Of a stretch of DNA of 64,000 nucleotides, positions 1-11,104 are shown in pieces. A program made the position numbers and the translations under genes. Source of the DNA: Squalus acanthias (taxonomy: Eukaryota); NCBI GenBank assembly GCA_030390025.1, contig CM059432.1, positions 148,182,001-148,246,000 of the forward strand. Reading direction: 5' to 3'. Each line of letters starts with the position of its first letter. Position 1 is the first letter of the stretch. The notes beneath the pieces are model-generated. The model saw only the letters and a program-made list of their open reading frames with translations, made no database searches and was not told the origin of the DNA.

Positions 1-28
1 CCACCTCACACTTAACTATGACAGGGAG

Positions 29-1103
29 ATGGAGCAGAAGCAGCAAAGAAGAGATCAAGCTGCTCAAAGTGGGAGGAGAAGGAGGGACAGAAGAGTTCTC
101 AGCAGGACGCCTTACCCAACTGAGGTCTTCCAAGAGCACTTCCCCGACCTGCACTTAAGCCAGGAGCAGTGTATTTGGAGGTTTCGTTTCACCAAGGAGG
201 CAGTCACAGAACTCTGCCACCTCCTGGTCCCAGACATGCAACCTTAGAGCAGGGCGCCGACGGCACTGCCAGTGGCCCTCATTTTTTCGTCAATGGGTCC
301 TTCCAGTCTGGAGCAGGAGATACAGCTAACATCTCCCAGTTCGCCCTCCATCGCTGCATCCAGGAAGTGACAGAGGTTCTGTACTCCAAGAGAAGGGACT
401 TCGTTGTCTTCTCTCTGAAAAGAGAGAAGCAGGAGGCGCACGCGCATGTGGCTTTGCCAAGATATCGGGCTTCCCCATAGCGCAGGGCGCCATCGACTGC
501 ACAGACATTGCTTTGCGGGCGCTGCATATCAATCCTCAGATGAACTGCAACCACATAGGCTACCACTCACTTAATGTGCACATCACGATGGTGAATGCCC
601 GGTATCCTGGCAGCAGTCATGATGCCTTCATCCTGCGCCAGTCAGATGTGCCAGCAATCTTCCAGCCACCATGTCGAACCCGAGGGTGGCTGCTCAGAGA
701 CAAGGGCTTTCCATTCTACACCTGGTTGATGACTCCCCTCCGCAACCCCACCACTCCTGGCCAACAATCATATAATGAGAGCCATGCTGCCATGAAGAAC
801 CTCATCGAGCAGACCATCAGGGTGCTCAAGCAACGGTTCCGCTGTCTTGACTGCTCGGGAGGAGCCCTCCTGTACTCGCCGGAGCGGGTGTCCCATTTCG
901 TGGGGGTCTGCTGCATCCTCCACAACTTGGCCATCATGAGGGTGCAGCTCTTCCCACCACGGGTTCCACGACCACCTCAGAAGGAGGAGGAGGAGGCAGA
1001 AAGGGTGGAGGAAGAGGAGGAGGAGGAAGGGAGGAGACAGGCAGCAGATCCCCATTCTGGAGAGGCTGTCCATGAGCGCCTCATCAGAATCCGGTTCCCC
1101 TGA
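29..1103 (+). pseudogene. Harbinger DDE transposase (HARBI1-like), disrupted
   Basis: Motifs RFRFTKE, GAIDCT, YHSLN, ARYPGSSHDAFIL, WLL.DKG, YNESH, IEQTI.VLKQRFRCL, CCILHN; stops at 245 and 478, frameshifts. Confidence 0.92.
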
Positions 1104-1551
1104 ATGAATCCCCAGATCCCATTGCTCATCACTTCCTCACCTTACCATTCCTACAGCATCCTCCTGGGCACAAAGCTGAAAATGAGAGCCACCACAAGAC
1201 AAACATTCTAAACATCATTTATAAATTAATCAATCGAAAATTACACAACAAAGTGAACTAATCACCCTTGTGCATTCCCGTAGTGTCTGTATTTCATGTT
1301 CCTTTGCCAACTCTAGTGTTCCTACGCAGTGCTACCCCAGTGGATGATGGAAGGCTGCTGATTTTCTGTGGGGGACACTGCAGATGGCCTTGCAGGACGG
1401 CCTCGAGCAGTTCTGGGCCTGGAACACCCGGAAGTAGACTGCACCACCTCAGCATGGGCGGCAGCAGTCTGGGCTGGCTGGCTGACAGGCAGCAGCAAGG
1501 GCACTGGCGGAGTGGCAGGGGTGAGCGGATGAATGCTGTCATCCTGAGAGA

Positions 1552-1633
1552 CGAAGGAGCAGCGCTCCGAAAGCTTGTGATTTCAAATAAAACTGTTGGA
1601 CTATAACCTGGTGTTGTGCAACTTCTCACATTT
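1552..1633 (+). mobile_element. 5'-truncated Penelope-like family A 3' fragment
   Basis: Near-identical to 52085-52166; TSD atcctgagaga at 1541-1551 and 1634-1644. Confidence 0.85.
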
Positions 1634-2683
1634 ATCCTGAGAGAGGACAGCAGGTTCTTGCTCCACGGAGCCACTGCCACTCCCCCGGGGCGGCGCCTCA
1701 GCAATCCTAGTAATCTGTTGAAGGACAGATTGCTGGACTGCTGTGAGACGCTGCAAGCCACTTTCCACACAAACAAACCCAGCTACAATGGCATCAGTTT
1801 GAGAATGCGTGGCAGCAAGCTGAGACTGCATGACAGAAGTCTGAGCTTCCAGTGCAGCACTCAGACGTTGGGTCACTTCTGCTTCTGCTGCAATGGAAGC
1901 TGCGACATCGCCCATCACACCCAGCATCATGGTTGGGTCCACCTGGAAATCCTGGGCTCCAAGCTCTGCGCAAAGCCCGGTACAATGTTAGAGTTGGACT
2001 CCTCTATGCTCCTTGACACTGACGAGAGGCTCTCTGGCAGGCTTGCCATCGCACCAAGCATTTCTGTGTGCATGCCCATCACTCTTCTCCTGAAGGCTGT
2101 CCCTTCGAGGTCATCAAGTGCGAACTCGCCCTCCGGGGAGCTGGCACCCGAGCTACCCTTTCCACCTGGCCTGGCTGCAGCCCACTCATGCCCGGTGACT
2201 CACCACATGTAGATCCCACCTCTATACTACTCTCTAAAGTACGCACCGTGCCATTTTCTGAGTTGGTGCTGGGAGTATCAGATCGAGTGACGGTGCCTCT
2301 TCTTCTCCTTCAGTCTTCTCCTCTAGTACATCGGGGACCGGTTGGGCTGCTGGCAGTTCTTGGGTATCTGAAAAGAGAAAGGCACAAGGGTCGGGTTGTG
2401 GTGAGGGGAAGGGGTGGAAGCAAGATGTGCATGCTTACACCATCAGCAAACTGTAAGCAAGAAGAGATTGTGCGATGAGGGGGAAGTGGGATGTGAAAAG
2501 AAGGATGAGGTATGAACATAGCGTTACCAGCTGCTCGCCAAAGCCTCAGTGACGGCCTCTCCAATTATCTCAAGCACCATCTCCTCCAGCTCAGTGAGGT
2601 TCTGAAGTCGTGCTTCCCCTCTGCCTGTCTGCTGCTGATCACATCTCTTGTGAGCCACCTTTGCCTGCAAGAGAAAGGGAAGT

Positions 2684-4018
2684 GTGTCAGTGAGTGTGGT
2701 GAAATGTGTTTGGGTGATGTGTGTGTCAGTGAGTGTGGTGCAATGTGTTTGGGTGATGTGTGTGTCAGTGAGTGTGGTGCAATGTGTTTGGGTGATGTGT
2801 GTGTCAGTGAGTGTGGTGAAATGTGTTTGGATGATGTGTGTGTCAGTGAATGTGGTGCAATGTGATTGGGTGATGTGTGTGTCAGTGAGTGTGGTGCAAT
2901 GTGTTTGGGTGATGTGTGTGTCAGTGAGTGTGGTGCAATGTGATTGGGTGATGTGTGAGTCAGTGAGTGTGGTACAATGTGTTTGGGTGATCTGTGTCAG
3001 TGAGTGTGGTGCAATGTGTTTGGGTGATGTGTGTGTCAGTGAGTGTGGTGCAATGTGTTTGGGTGATGTGTGTCAGTGAGTGTGGTGCAATGTGTTTGGG
3101 TGAAGTGTGTCAGTGAGTGTGGTGCAATGTGTTTGGGTGATGTGTGTGTCAGAGAGTGTGGTGCAATGTGTTTGGGTGATGTGTGTGTCAGTGAGTGTGG
3201 TGCAATGTGTTTGGGTGATGTGTGTCAGTGAGTGTGGTGCAATGTGTTTGGGTGAAGTGTGTCAATGAGTATGGTGCAATGTGTTTGGGTGAAGTGTGTC
3301 AGTGAGTGCAGTGCAATGTGTTTGGGTGAAGTGTGTCAGTGAGTGTAGTGCAATGTGTTTGGGTGATGTGTGTCAGTGAGTGTGGTGCAATGTGTTTGGG
3401 TGGTGTGTGTCAGTGAGTGTGGTGCAATGTGTTTGGGTGATGTGTGTGTCAGTGAGTGTGGTGCAATGTGTTTGGGTGATGTGTGTGTCAGTGAGTGTGG
3501 TGCAATGTGTTTGGGTGAAGTATGTCAGTGAGTGTGGTGCAATGTGTTTGGGTGAAGTGTGTCAGTGAGTGTGGTGCAATGTGTTTGGGTGCAGTGTGTC
3601 AGTGAGTGTGGTGCAATGTGTTTGGGTGAAGTGTGACAGTGAGTGTGGTGCAATGTGTTTGGGTGAAGTGTGACAGTGAGTGTGGTGCAATGTGTTTGGG
3701 TGAAGTGTGTGTCAGTGAGTGTGGTGCAATGTGTTTGGGTGATGTGTGTGTCAGTGAGTGTGGTGCAATGTGTTTGGGTGATGTGTGTCAGTGAGTGTGG
3801 TGCAATGTGTTTGGGTGATGTGTGTGTCAGTGAGTGTGGTGCAATGTGTTTGGGTGAAGTGTGTCAGTGAGTGTGGTGCAATGTGTTTGGGTGATGTGTG
3901 TGTCAGTGAGTGTGGTGCAATGTGTTTGGGCGATGTGTGTGTCAGTGAGTGTGGTGCAATGTGTTTAGGTGAAGTGTGTCAATGAGTGTGGTGCAATGTG
4001 TTTGGGTGATGTGCCTGT
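2684..4018. repeat. 37/39-bp minisatellite (~35 units) in Myb intron 1
   Basis: Unit gtcagtgagtgtggtgcaatgtgtttgggtga(a/t)gtgt(gt). Confidence 0.97.
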
Positions 4019-6575
4019 CATAAGAACATAAGAAATAGGAGCAGGAGTCGGCCATTTGGCCCTTCAATCCTGCTCTGCCATTCAATAAGATCATGGCTGA
4101 TCTTTTACCTCATTTCCACTTTCCTGCACTATCCCCATATCCATTGATTCCCTTATTGTCCAAAAATCTATCGCTCTCTGTCTTGAATATGCTCAATGAC
4201 TGAGCCTCCGATGCCCTCTGGGGTAGAGAATTCCAAAGATTCACCACCCTCTGAGTGAAGAAATTTCTCCTCATCTCAGTCTTAAATGGCCGACCCCTTA
4301 TTCTGAGACTGTGACCCCTGGTTCTAGACTCCCCAGCGAGGGGAAACATCCTCCCTGCATCTACCCTGTCAAGCCCTGTAAGAATCTTGTATGTTTCAAT
4401 GAGATCACCTCTCATTCTTCTAAACTCTAGAGAATATAGGCCTAGTCTACTCAATCTCTCCTCATAGGACAATCCCCCCATCCCAGGAACCAGTCTAGAG
4501 AACCTTCATTGCACTCCTTCTATAGCAAGTATATCCTTCCTTAGGTAAGGAGACCAAAACTGTATACAATACTCCAGGTGTGGTCTCACCAGGGCACTAT
4601 ATAATTGCAGTAATACATCTTTACAGTTATACTCAAATCTTCTTTTAATAAAGGCCAACATACCATTTGATTTCTTAATTGTTTGCAGTACCTGCATGTT
4701 AACTTTCAGTGATTCCTGTACAAGGATACCCAGGTCCCTCTGAACACCAGTATTTCCCAATCTCTCACCAATAAAAAATACTCTGCTTTTCCATTTTTCC
4801 TACCAAAGTGGATAACTTCACATTTCCCCACATTATATTCCATTTGCCATGTTCTTGCCCACTCACTTAGCCTGTCTATATCCCCTTGAAGCCTCTTTGC
4901 ATCCTCCTCACAACTTACATTCCCACCCAGCTTTGTATCATCAACAAACTTGAATATATTACATTTGGTCCCCTCATCCAAATCATTGATGTAGATTGTG
5001 AATAGCTGAGGCCCAAGCATTGATCCTTGCGGTACCCCACTAGTTACAGCCTGCCAACCCAAAAATGACACATTTATTCCTACTCTCTGTTTTCTGTCCG
5101 TTAACCAATCCTCAATTCATGCTGGTATATTACCCCCAATCCCATGAGCCCTAATTTTGTTTAATAACCTCTTGTGTGGCACCTTATCGAATGCCTTCTG
5201 AAAGTCCAAATACACCACATCCACTGGTTCCCTCTTATCTATTCTGCTAGTTACAACCTCAAAAAATGATTTATCAAACATGATTTCCCTTTCATAAATT
5301 CATGTTGACTCTGCCCAATCTTATTATTATTTTCTAAGTGCCCTGTTACCACGTCCTTAATAATAGACTCTAGCATTTTCCCTCCTACTGATGTCAGGCT
5401 AATTGGTCTGTAGTTCCCCTTTTTCTCTCTCCCTCCTTTCTTAAATAGCGGGGTTACATTTGCTACCTTCCAATCCGTGGGAACTGTTCCAGAATCTATG
5501 GAATTTTGGAAGATGACAACCAATGCATCCACTATCTCTATAGCCACCCCTTTCAAAACCCTAGGATGTGGGCCATCAGGTCCAGGGGATTTATCGGCTT
5601 TCAGTCCCATTATTACTCATTTCTTTCAGTTCCTCATTCTCGCTAGACCCTTGGTTCTCCATTATTTCCGTTAGGCTTTTTGCATCTTCTTCCGTGAAGA
5701 CAGACACATAGGGCTGGATTTTCTCAATGGAGACGAGTTGAGGCGGGACTGCTGCTTGTCGGGTCAATGCCGCCGCCATCATCTTCTGAACAACCAGAGG
5801 GATTTTCCCCTGATTGACCTTGTTAAGCCCGCCCTGCGGGCTCAGCAGGCCAATCAGGGAGGAAGTCACTGACAGAGCACGTCAACGTCTGACGTGCTAT
5901 CTGTCAAGACTTCTTGAAAGAAGAAATGTCAGCGTTTGACAGCTCTGTGAAGCTGTCAAACACTGACATTCCCTGTAGTTTGATGAGTACTTGTGTTCAG
6001 GACTCATCAAACCTTTCAACTTTGTCGATTTCAGATGGCTGTTGGGTCAGAGGATCCAACAGCCAGTCTGTGAAATCGACAAGGAGGATGTCGGGTCTCC
6101 CGATCCAGGGTGGATAAAGGCTGTAGGAAGAAAACAAGGTAAGTGAAGATTTTTTTACACTTATCACTCACCTTACATACTTACCACTCCACACTTGCAC
6201 CCATCACTCACCTCCACATCTTACTTCCAGTTGCCTCCGACCCCCGCAGACCTCCTTCACATCTCCTCCAACCCGGCGAGGATCTTCGAGGTCGGGAAGC
6301 CTTCACCTGTGAAGGTAAAATGGCACTAATCCTTTTTTCTGCCTGTTAACTACCTGTTAACAGGCAGTTAAAAGGATTTAATGCCTTTCTCGCCTCCAGG
6401 AGACGGGACCCGAAGCAGCACATCTTCCCGCCTCCTGGCAAAAGGGCACGGAGGCGGGTAGGGGCGGGTTTGCCATCCGCCCCCACTTTCTGCTACTTTA
6501 CCGGCAGTCCCGCCTCCAAACCCGCCACCTCGGGGCTGAGAAAATCCAGCCCAAAGTATTTGTTTAATTGCTCTG
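4019..6575 (-). mobile_element. CR1 LINE, 5'-truncated (RT region plus (ttcttatg)n tail), split by a MITE
   Basis: KSPGPDG, NYRPISLTSV, GVPQGS.LGP, FVDDTKL, RPHLEYC; tail at 4019-4032. Confidence 0.93.
5711..6552. mobile_element. Non-autonomous TIR element (probable Harbinger-type MITE)
   Basis: Perfect 15-bp TIR gggctggattttctc/gagaaaatccagccc; 3-bp flanks ata/aaa; host CR1 sequence resumes after it. Confidence 0.88.
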
Positions 6576-7164
6576 TCATGATTGAATAGCTGGCAGTGTG
6601 TGCAAGGTGTGAGATGTCTGTGTGAGGCTTGCAGCAGTGGTAAGTGTGTGAGGGTGAGGTGAATCTATGCTTGTGAGGTATGAGTGGTGATTGCTGGAGA
6701 TTGTTGATAGGTGAGTGCTGGGGGTGTGGTGCATTGAGCAGTGTTTGAGGCTAGTGGTGCAGATGGTGGGATATGGCATTGAAGATACATTCTCGCACCT
6801 TGACCACTCATGTGAGGTCATTAAACTTCTTGGGGCACTGAATACAGGTCCTGGGGACAATACACGTGGCACTGACAGCTTCAACTTTCTCCTCCCTCAG
6901 CCTTCTGTCATGCTGCCTGGAAGGCCTCCTGCCCCCCTGCAGGTAGAGGACCTGTCTATTTCTGTGCACCCCCATGGCCAAGGCCTCCAGTGCTGCATCT
7001 GGGAATCTCCTTTGACCTCTCTTTTCCCTGTTGAGCCATGGCTGCATGCAGTGTGATGGGATGGCTTTTGTTGAATGAATGCTGTCCACGTGTTAGTGGG
7101 ATGCGCACAAGAGTCCTGAGCCATGTTGTTAATGGATTGCCCTTGTCGCCCTGTAGCCAGCTTT

Positions 7165-7370
7165 TGGTTTGTCTTGGAGGCTGCAAAGGGATATAGACAG
7201 GTTACGTGAGTGGGCAAGAACATGGCAGATGGAATATAATGTGGAGAAACGTGAAGTTATCCACTTTGGTGGGAAAAATAGAAAAGCAGAATATTTTTTA
7301 AATGGTGAAAGATTGGGAAATGTTGGTGTTCAGAGGAACCTGGGTATCCTTGTACACGAACCACTGAAAT
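7165..7370 (+). mobile_element. CR1 RT fragment
   Basis: RLQRDIDRLREWARTWQMEYNVEK. Confidence 0.85.
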
Positions 7371-7456
7371 GTGCGCACGTGCTGCGGACACCATTTTGAA
7401 ACCAAAACGGCATTTATAACCCCCAGGCAGGTGCTATGGAGCCAAATTTTGCGGCC

Positions 7457-8760
7457 ATAGAATCATAGAATGATACAGCACAGAAGGAGGCCATTTTGCT
7501 CATTGTGTCTGTGCCGGCGCTTTGGTCGAGCTATCCAATTAATCCCGCTTCCCTGTTCTTTCCCCATAGCCCTGTACATTTATTCCCTTCAAGCATTTAG
7601 TCAATTCCCTTTTGAATGTTCTTATTGAATCTGCTTCCACCACCCTTTCAGGCAGCGCATTCCAGAGATCACAACAATTCGCTGCGTAAAAGAATGTTTC
7701 CTCATTTCGCCTCTGGCTCTTTTGCCAATCACCTTAAATCTGTGCCCTCTGGTTACCGACCCTCTGCCGTTGGAAAAAGTTTCTCTTTATTTTCTCTATC
7801 AAAACCGTTCATGATTTTGAACACCTCTATCAAATCTCCTCTTCACTGTCTCTGCCCTAAGGAGAACAACCCCAGCTTCTCCAGTCTCTCCTCATAACTG
7901 AAGTCCCTCATCCCTGGAACCATTCTAGTAAATCTCTTCTGTATCCTCTCCAAGGCCTTGATATCCTTGATAAGTGTGGTGCCCAGAATTGAACACAATA
8001 CTCCTGCTGAGGCCTAATCAGTGTTTTATAAAGGTTTAGCTTTCCTTTTGTACTCTATTCCTCTATTAATAAAGCCAAGGAGCCCATATGCTTTTTTAAC
8101 AGCCTTCTGAACTCCCTTGAAATATTTGAGTACATATACCCCCAGGTCTCTCTGTTCCTGAACCCCCTTTAATATTGTACCATTTTGTTCATACAGTCTC
8201 ACCTCATTCTTCCTACTAAAACGTATCATTTTCTGTCTGGCAGTCACCCATTCCCTCTCTGCCTGCACATTCTGAGGCTGTGGGCTGTGGGCTGTGGGCA
8301 GCACGGTGGCATAGTGGTTAGCACTGTTACCTCACAGCGCCAGGGACCAGGGTTCGAATCCAGCCCCGGGTGACTGTCTGTGTGGAGTTTGCACATTCTC
8401 CCCGTGTCTGCGTGGGTTTCCTCCGGGTGCTCCGGTTTCCTCCCACAGTCCAAAGATGTGCGGGTTAGGTTGATTTGGCTATGATAAATTGACCCTTAGT
8501 GTTAGGGGGGGATTAAATACGTGGGGTTACGGGGATAGGGTGGGATATGTGTCGGTGCAGGCTCGATGGGCCGAAATGGCCTCTATCTGCACTGTGGGGA
8601 TTCTGTGATTCTGTGATTTCACACTTTTCTGTTTTAAATTTCACCCGTCAGGTGTCTGCCCATTTCAGCAGTCTGTCTATGTCCTCCTGAAATCTGTCAC
8701 TACCTCCTCATTGTTTACTACATTTCTGAGATTTATATCATCTGCAAACTTTCAAATTAT
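7457..8760 (-). mobile_element. CR1 3' portion with (attctatg)n tail, interrupted by a SINE
   Basis: Tail atagaatcatagaa; [29 protein letters not shown]. Confidence 0.88.
8296..8618 (+). mobile_element. tRNA-derived V-SINE (HE1-like) with CR1-type tail
   Basis: A box tggcatagtgg, B box ggttcgaatcc, V core gtggagtttgcacattctccccgtgtctgcgtgggtttcctccggg, tail (gattctgt)n. Confidence 0.88.
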
Positions 8761-8977
8761 GCTCTCTCTATTACATAGGATTACATAGGATATGCTGAGA
8801 GGTGAGTATAGGGTGAGTATTTGTGGTAAGTTTTTTTTGTTCTGTTTTGAGTATATTTCTGCTAAGTAGTTCATAGCCTATCTAATAGAGGGAAGTGCTG
8901 ATTGGTGGGTAGCTGTTGAGTGTTTCTTGTTAAGTTTATTTCTGATAAATTACCTCCATAGTCTGGTAAATAGAAGC

Positions 8978-9918
8978 ATGGCAGGGCAGCTCAATCCCGT
9001 GATTTGCACATCCTGTGCCATGTGGGAAATCCTGAACGCTTCTTGCGGCCTGGACGACCACATGTGGAGGAAGTGCCAACTGCAGCAACTCGAGCTCCGG
9101 GTTTCGGAGCTTGAACGGCAGCTGGAGTCACCACAGTGCATTCAGGAGATCGAGAACTTCGAGGAAAGCATGTTGCTGGGGTGGTCACCCCACAGCCTCG
9201 GAATGTGCAGGCAGAGAGGGAATGGGTGACCGCCTGACAGAAAAGGAGAACCAGGCAGGTAGGGCAGGAATCCCCAGAGTGCATCTCGCTCGCTAACCGG
9301 TTTACAGTTCTGGAAACTGGTGGGGGTGATGGTTCCTCTGGGGAGAGCAGCCAGAGCCAAGGCCACAGCACCACGGGTGGCTCAGCTGCAGAGGGGGGGA
9401 GGAAGAAGAGTGGAAGAACAATAGTGATAGGGATTCATTAATTTGGGGAACAGATAGGCGTTTCTGTGGCCGCAGACGTGACTCCAGAATGGTATGTTGC
9501 CTCCCTGGTGCCAGGGTCAAGAATGTCACTGAGCAGCTGCAGGACACTTTGAGGGGGGAGGGTGATCAGCCAGAGATCGTTGTCCATATTGGCACCAACA
9601 ACATAGGCAGAAAGAGGGATGAGGTCCTGCAGCCAGACTATAGGGAGCTAGGAAAGAGAGTAAAAAGCAGGACCTCAAAGGTAGTAATCTCCGGATTACT
9701 CCCGGTGCCACGAGCTAGTGAGTACAGGAATAGGAGGATAGAACAGATGAATGCGTGACTGGAGAGATAGTGCAGGAGGGAGGGCTTTAGATTCCTGAGG
9801 CATTGGGACCGTTTCTGGGGAAGGTGGGACCTGTACAAGCCGGACGGGTTACACCTCAACAGAGCCGGGACCAATATTCTCACGGGGAGATTTGTTAGTG
9901 CTGTTGGGGAGGGTTTAA
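8978..9918 (+). pseudogene. CR1 ORF1 (Cys-rich N-terminus, coiled coil, SGNH esterase), disrupted
   Basis: CTSCAMW..RKC; IVIGDS, CCLPGARV, VVHIGTN, DGLHLN. Confidence 0.85.
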
Positions 9919-9977
9919 ACTAGCTTGGCAGGGGGATGGGCACCAGCATATAGGAGCAGAAAAGAGGAATAAGGTGA

Positions 9978-10612
9978 CCCTTGGGGAACACCACTGTCAA
10001 CCATCCTCCAGTCTGAAAAACAGCCATTTACCACAACTCGCTGTTTTCTGTCCTTAAGCCAATTCCTTATCCAAGCTGCCACTGACCCACCTATTCCATG
10101 AGCCTCAATTCTGTTAACCAGCCTTCTATGTGGTACTTTTTCAAACGCCTTCCTCAAATCCATTTAGACAACATCCATTGCATTCCCTTCATCAATCCTC
10201 CCTGTTACTTCATCAAAAAATTCAATTAGATTAGTCAAACACGATCTGCCTTTTAGTTCTATAACTCCATTTATTCCCTGGCCAGCAATGTCCTCCCTTA
10301 CTTTACTCTTTCCTATGCTCTCCTTTCCTGTTTTGTTATATTTAGGCTGGTTTCATTTCTTGTAGATCCCTTCCACCCCCCCCCCCCCCCCCCCACCCCA
10401 CCCCCCACCAATCATACTAGTTTAGAGTCTTTTCCACCTCCCTATTTACTCTTTCTGCTAGGACATGGGTTCCATCCCGTTTCAGGTGGAGCCCGTCCCA
10501 TCGGTTCAGCTCCTTCCTATCTCCGCCTTAAATATATTCAATGACTCCGCCTCCACAGCTCTCTGGGGAAGAGAATTCCAAAGATTCATGACCCTCTGAG
10601 AGAAGAAATTCA
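9978..10612 (-). mobile_element. Mosaic of CR1 fragments (RT, ORF1/ORF2 junction, 3' end)
   Basis: DLRKAFEKVPHRRL, SGVPQGS; FFSQRVMNLWNSLP; 10260-10510 resembles 14010-14220. Confidence 0.8.
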
Positions 10613-10740
10613 TCTGCCCTGATAGCTCCTTATGTGGCTCTGTGTCAAATTTTGTTTGATAACGCTCCTGTGAGGTGCCTTGGCACATTTTACTACATTA
10701 AAGGCAGCATATAAATGCAAGTTGTTGTTGTTGTTGTTGA
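10613..10740 (+). mobile_element. L2 LINE 3' end with (gtt)n tail
   Basis: Reverse complement of 45812-45930 and 47913-48030. Confidence 0.8.
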
Positions 10741-10877
10741 TGGGGGTCTTTAATGGATAAACTATGATTGGAATCTGTGACTGGAATCTGTGATTGAGAA
10801 TCTGTGATGGAAATGTCAGATTGGAATCTGATGGGCTATCAGTCATGTAGATTCATTGATGGGAACTTGTGCGGGAC

Positions 10878-11085
10878 AATCTGTGGTGGGTATACTGTGA
10901 TGGGGCATCTGTGGTGGGTATACTGTGATGGGGCATCTGTGGTGGGTATACTGTGATGGGGAATCTGTGGTGGGTATACTGTGATGGGGCATCTGTGGTG
11001 GGTATACTGTGATGGGGAATCTGTGGTGGGTATACTGTGATGGGGCATCTGTGGTGGGTATACTGTGATGGGGAATCTGTGATGG
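10878..11085. repeat. 28-bp minisatellite (dimer of diverged 14-mers)
   Basis: Unit atctgtggtgggtatactgtgatgggg(c/a), about 7 copies. Confidence 0.93.
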
Positions 11086-11104
11086 TGATATGAAAGATGA
11101 AGAG

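Larger units (their letters stand above)
1258..7039 (-). pseudogene. Harbinger Myb/SANT-like gene, 3 exons (~7039-6799, 2664-~2521, 2367-1258), disrupted
   Basis: RFPDAALEAL...QCPKKFNDLT; exon 3 homologous to copies 2-4; second donor mutated (ctatgt). Confidence 0.85.
1..7456. mobile_element. PIF/Harbinger DNA transposon copy 1 (left end outside window; transposase +, Myb gene -), with nested PLE, minisatellite, CR1 and MITE
   Basis: Convergent transposase and Myb/SANT remnants; right end gagccaaattttgcggcc resembles the ends of copies 3 and 4. Confidence 0.85.

Noticed and set aside
29..1103. Domesticated HARBI1 gene (and NAIF1 for the Myb genes)
   Set aside because: Multiple disrupted copies inside TIR-bounded elements
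2684..4018. CRISPR array, or a Cys-rich repeat protein (CLGDVCVSECGAM)n
   Set aside because: No unique spacers; mixed 37/39-bp units break the frame; intronic position in a eukaryotic transposon
8296..8372. tRNA gene (also 55564 and 38403)
   Set aside because: Pol III boxes run straight into SINE cores and tails; no convincing cloverleaf
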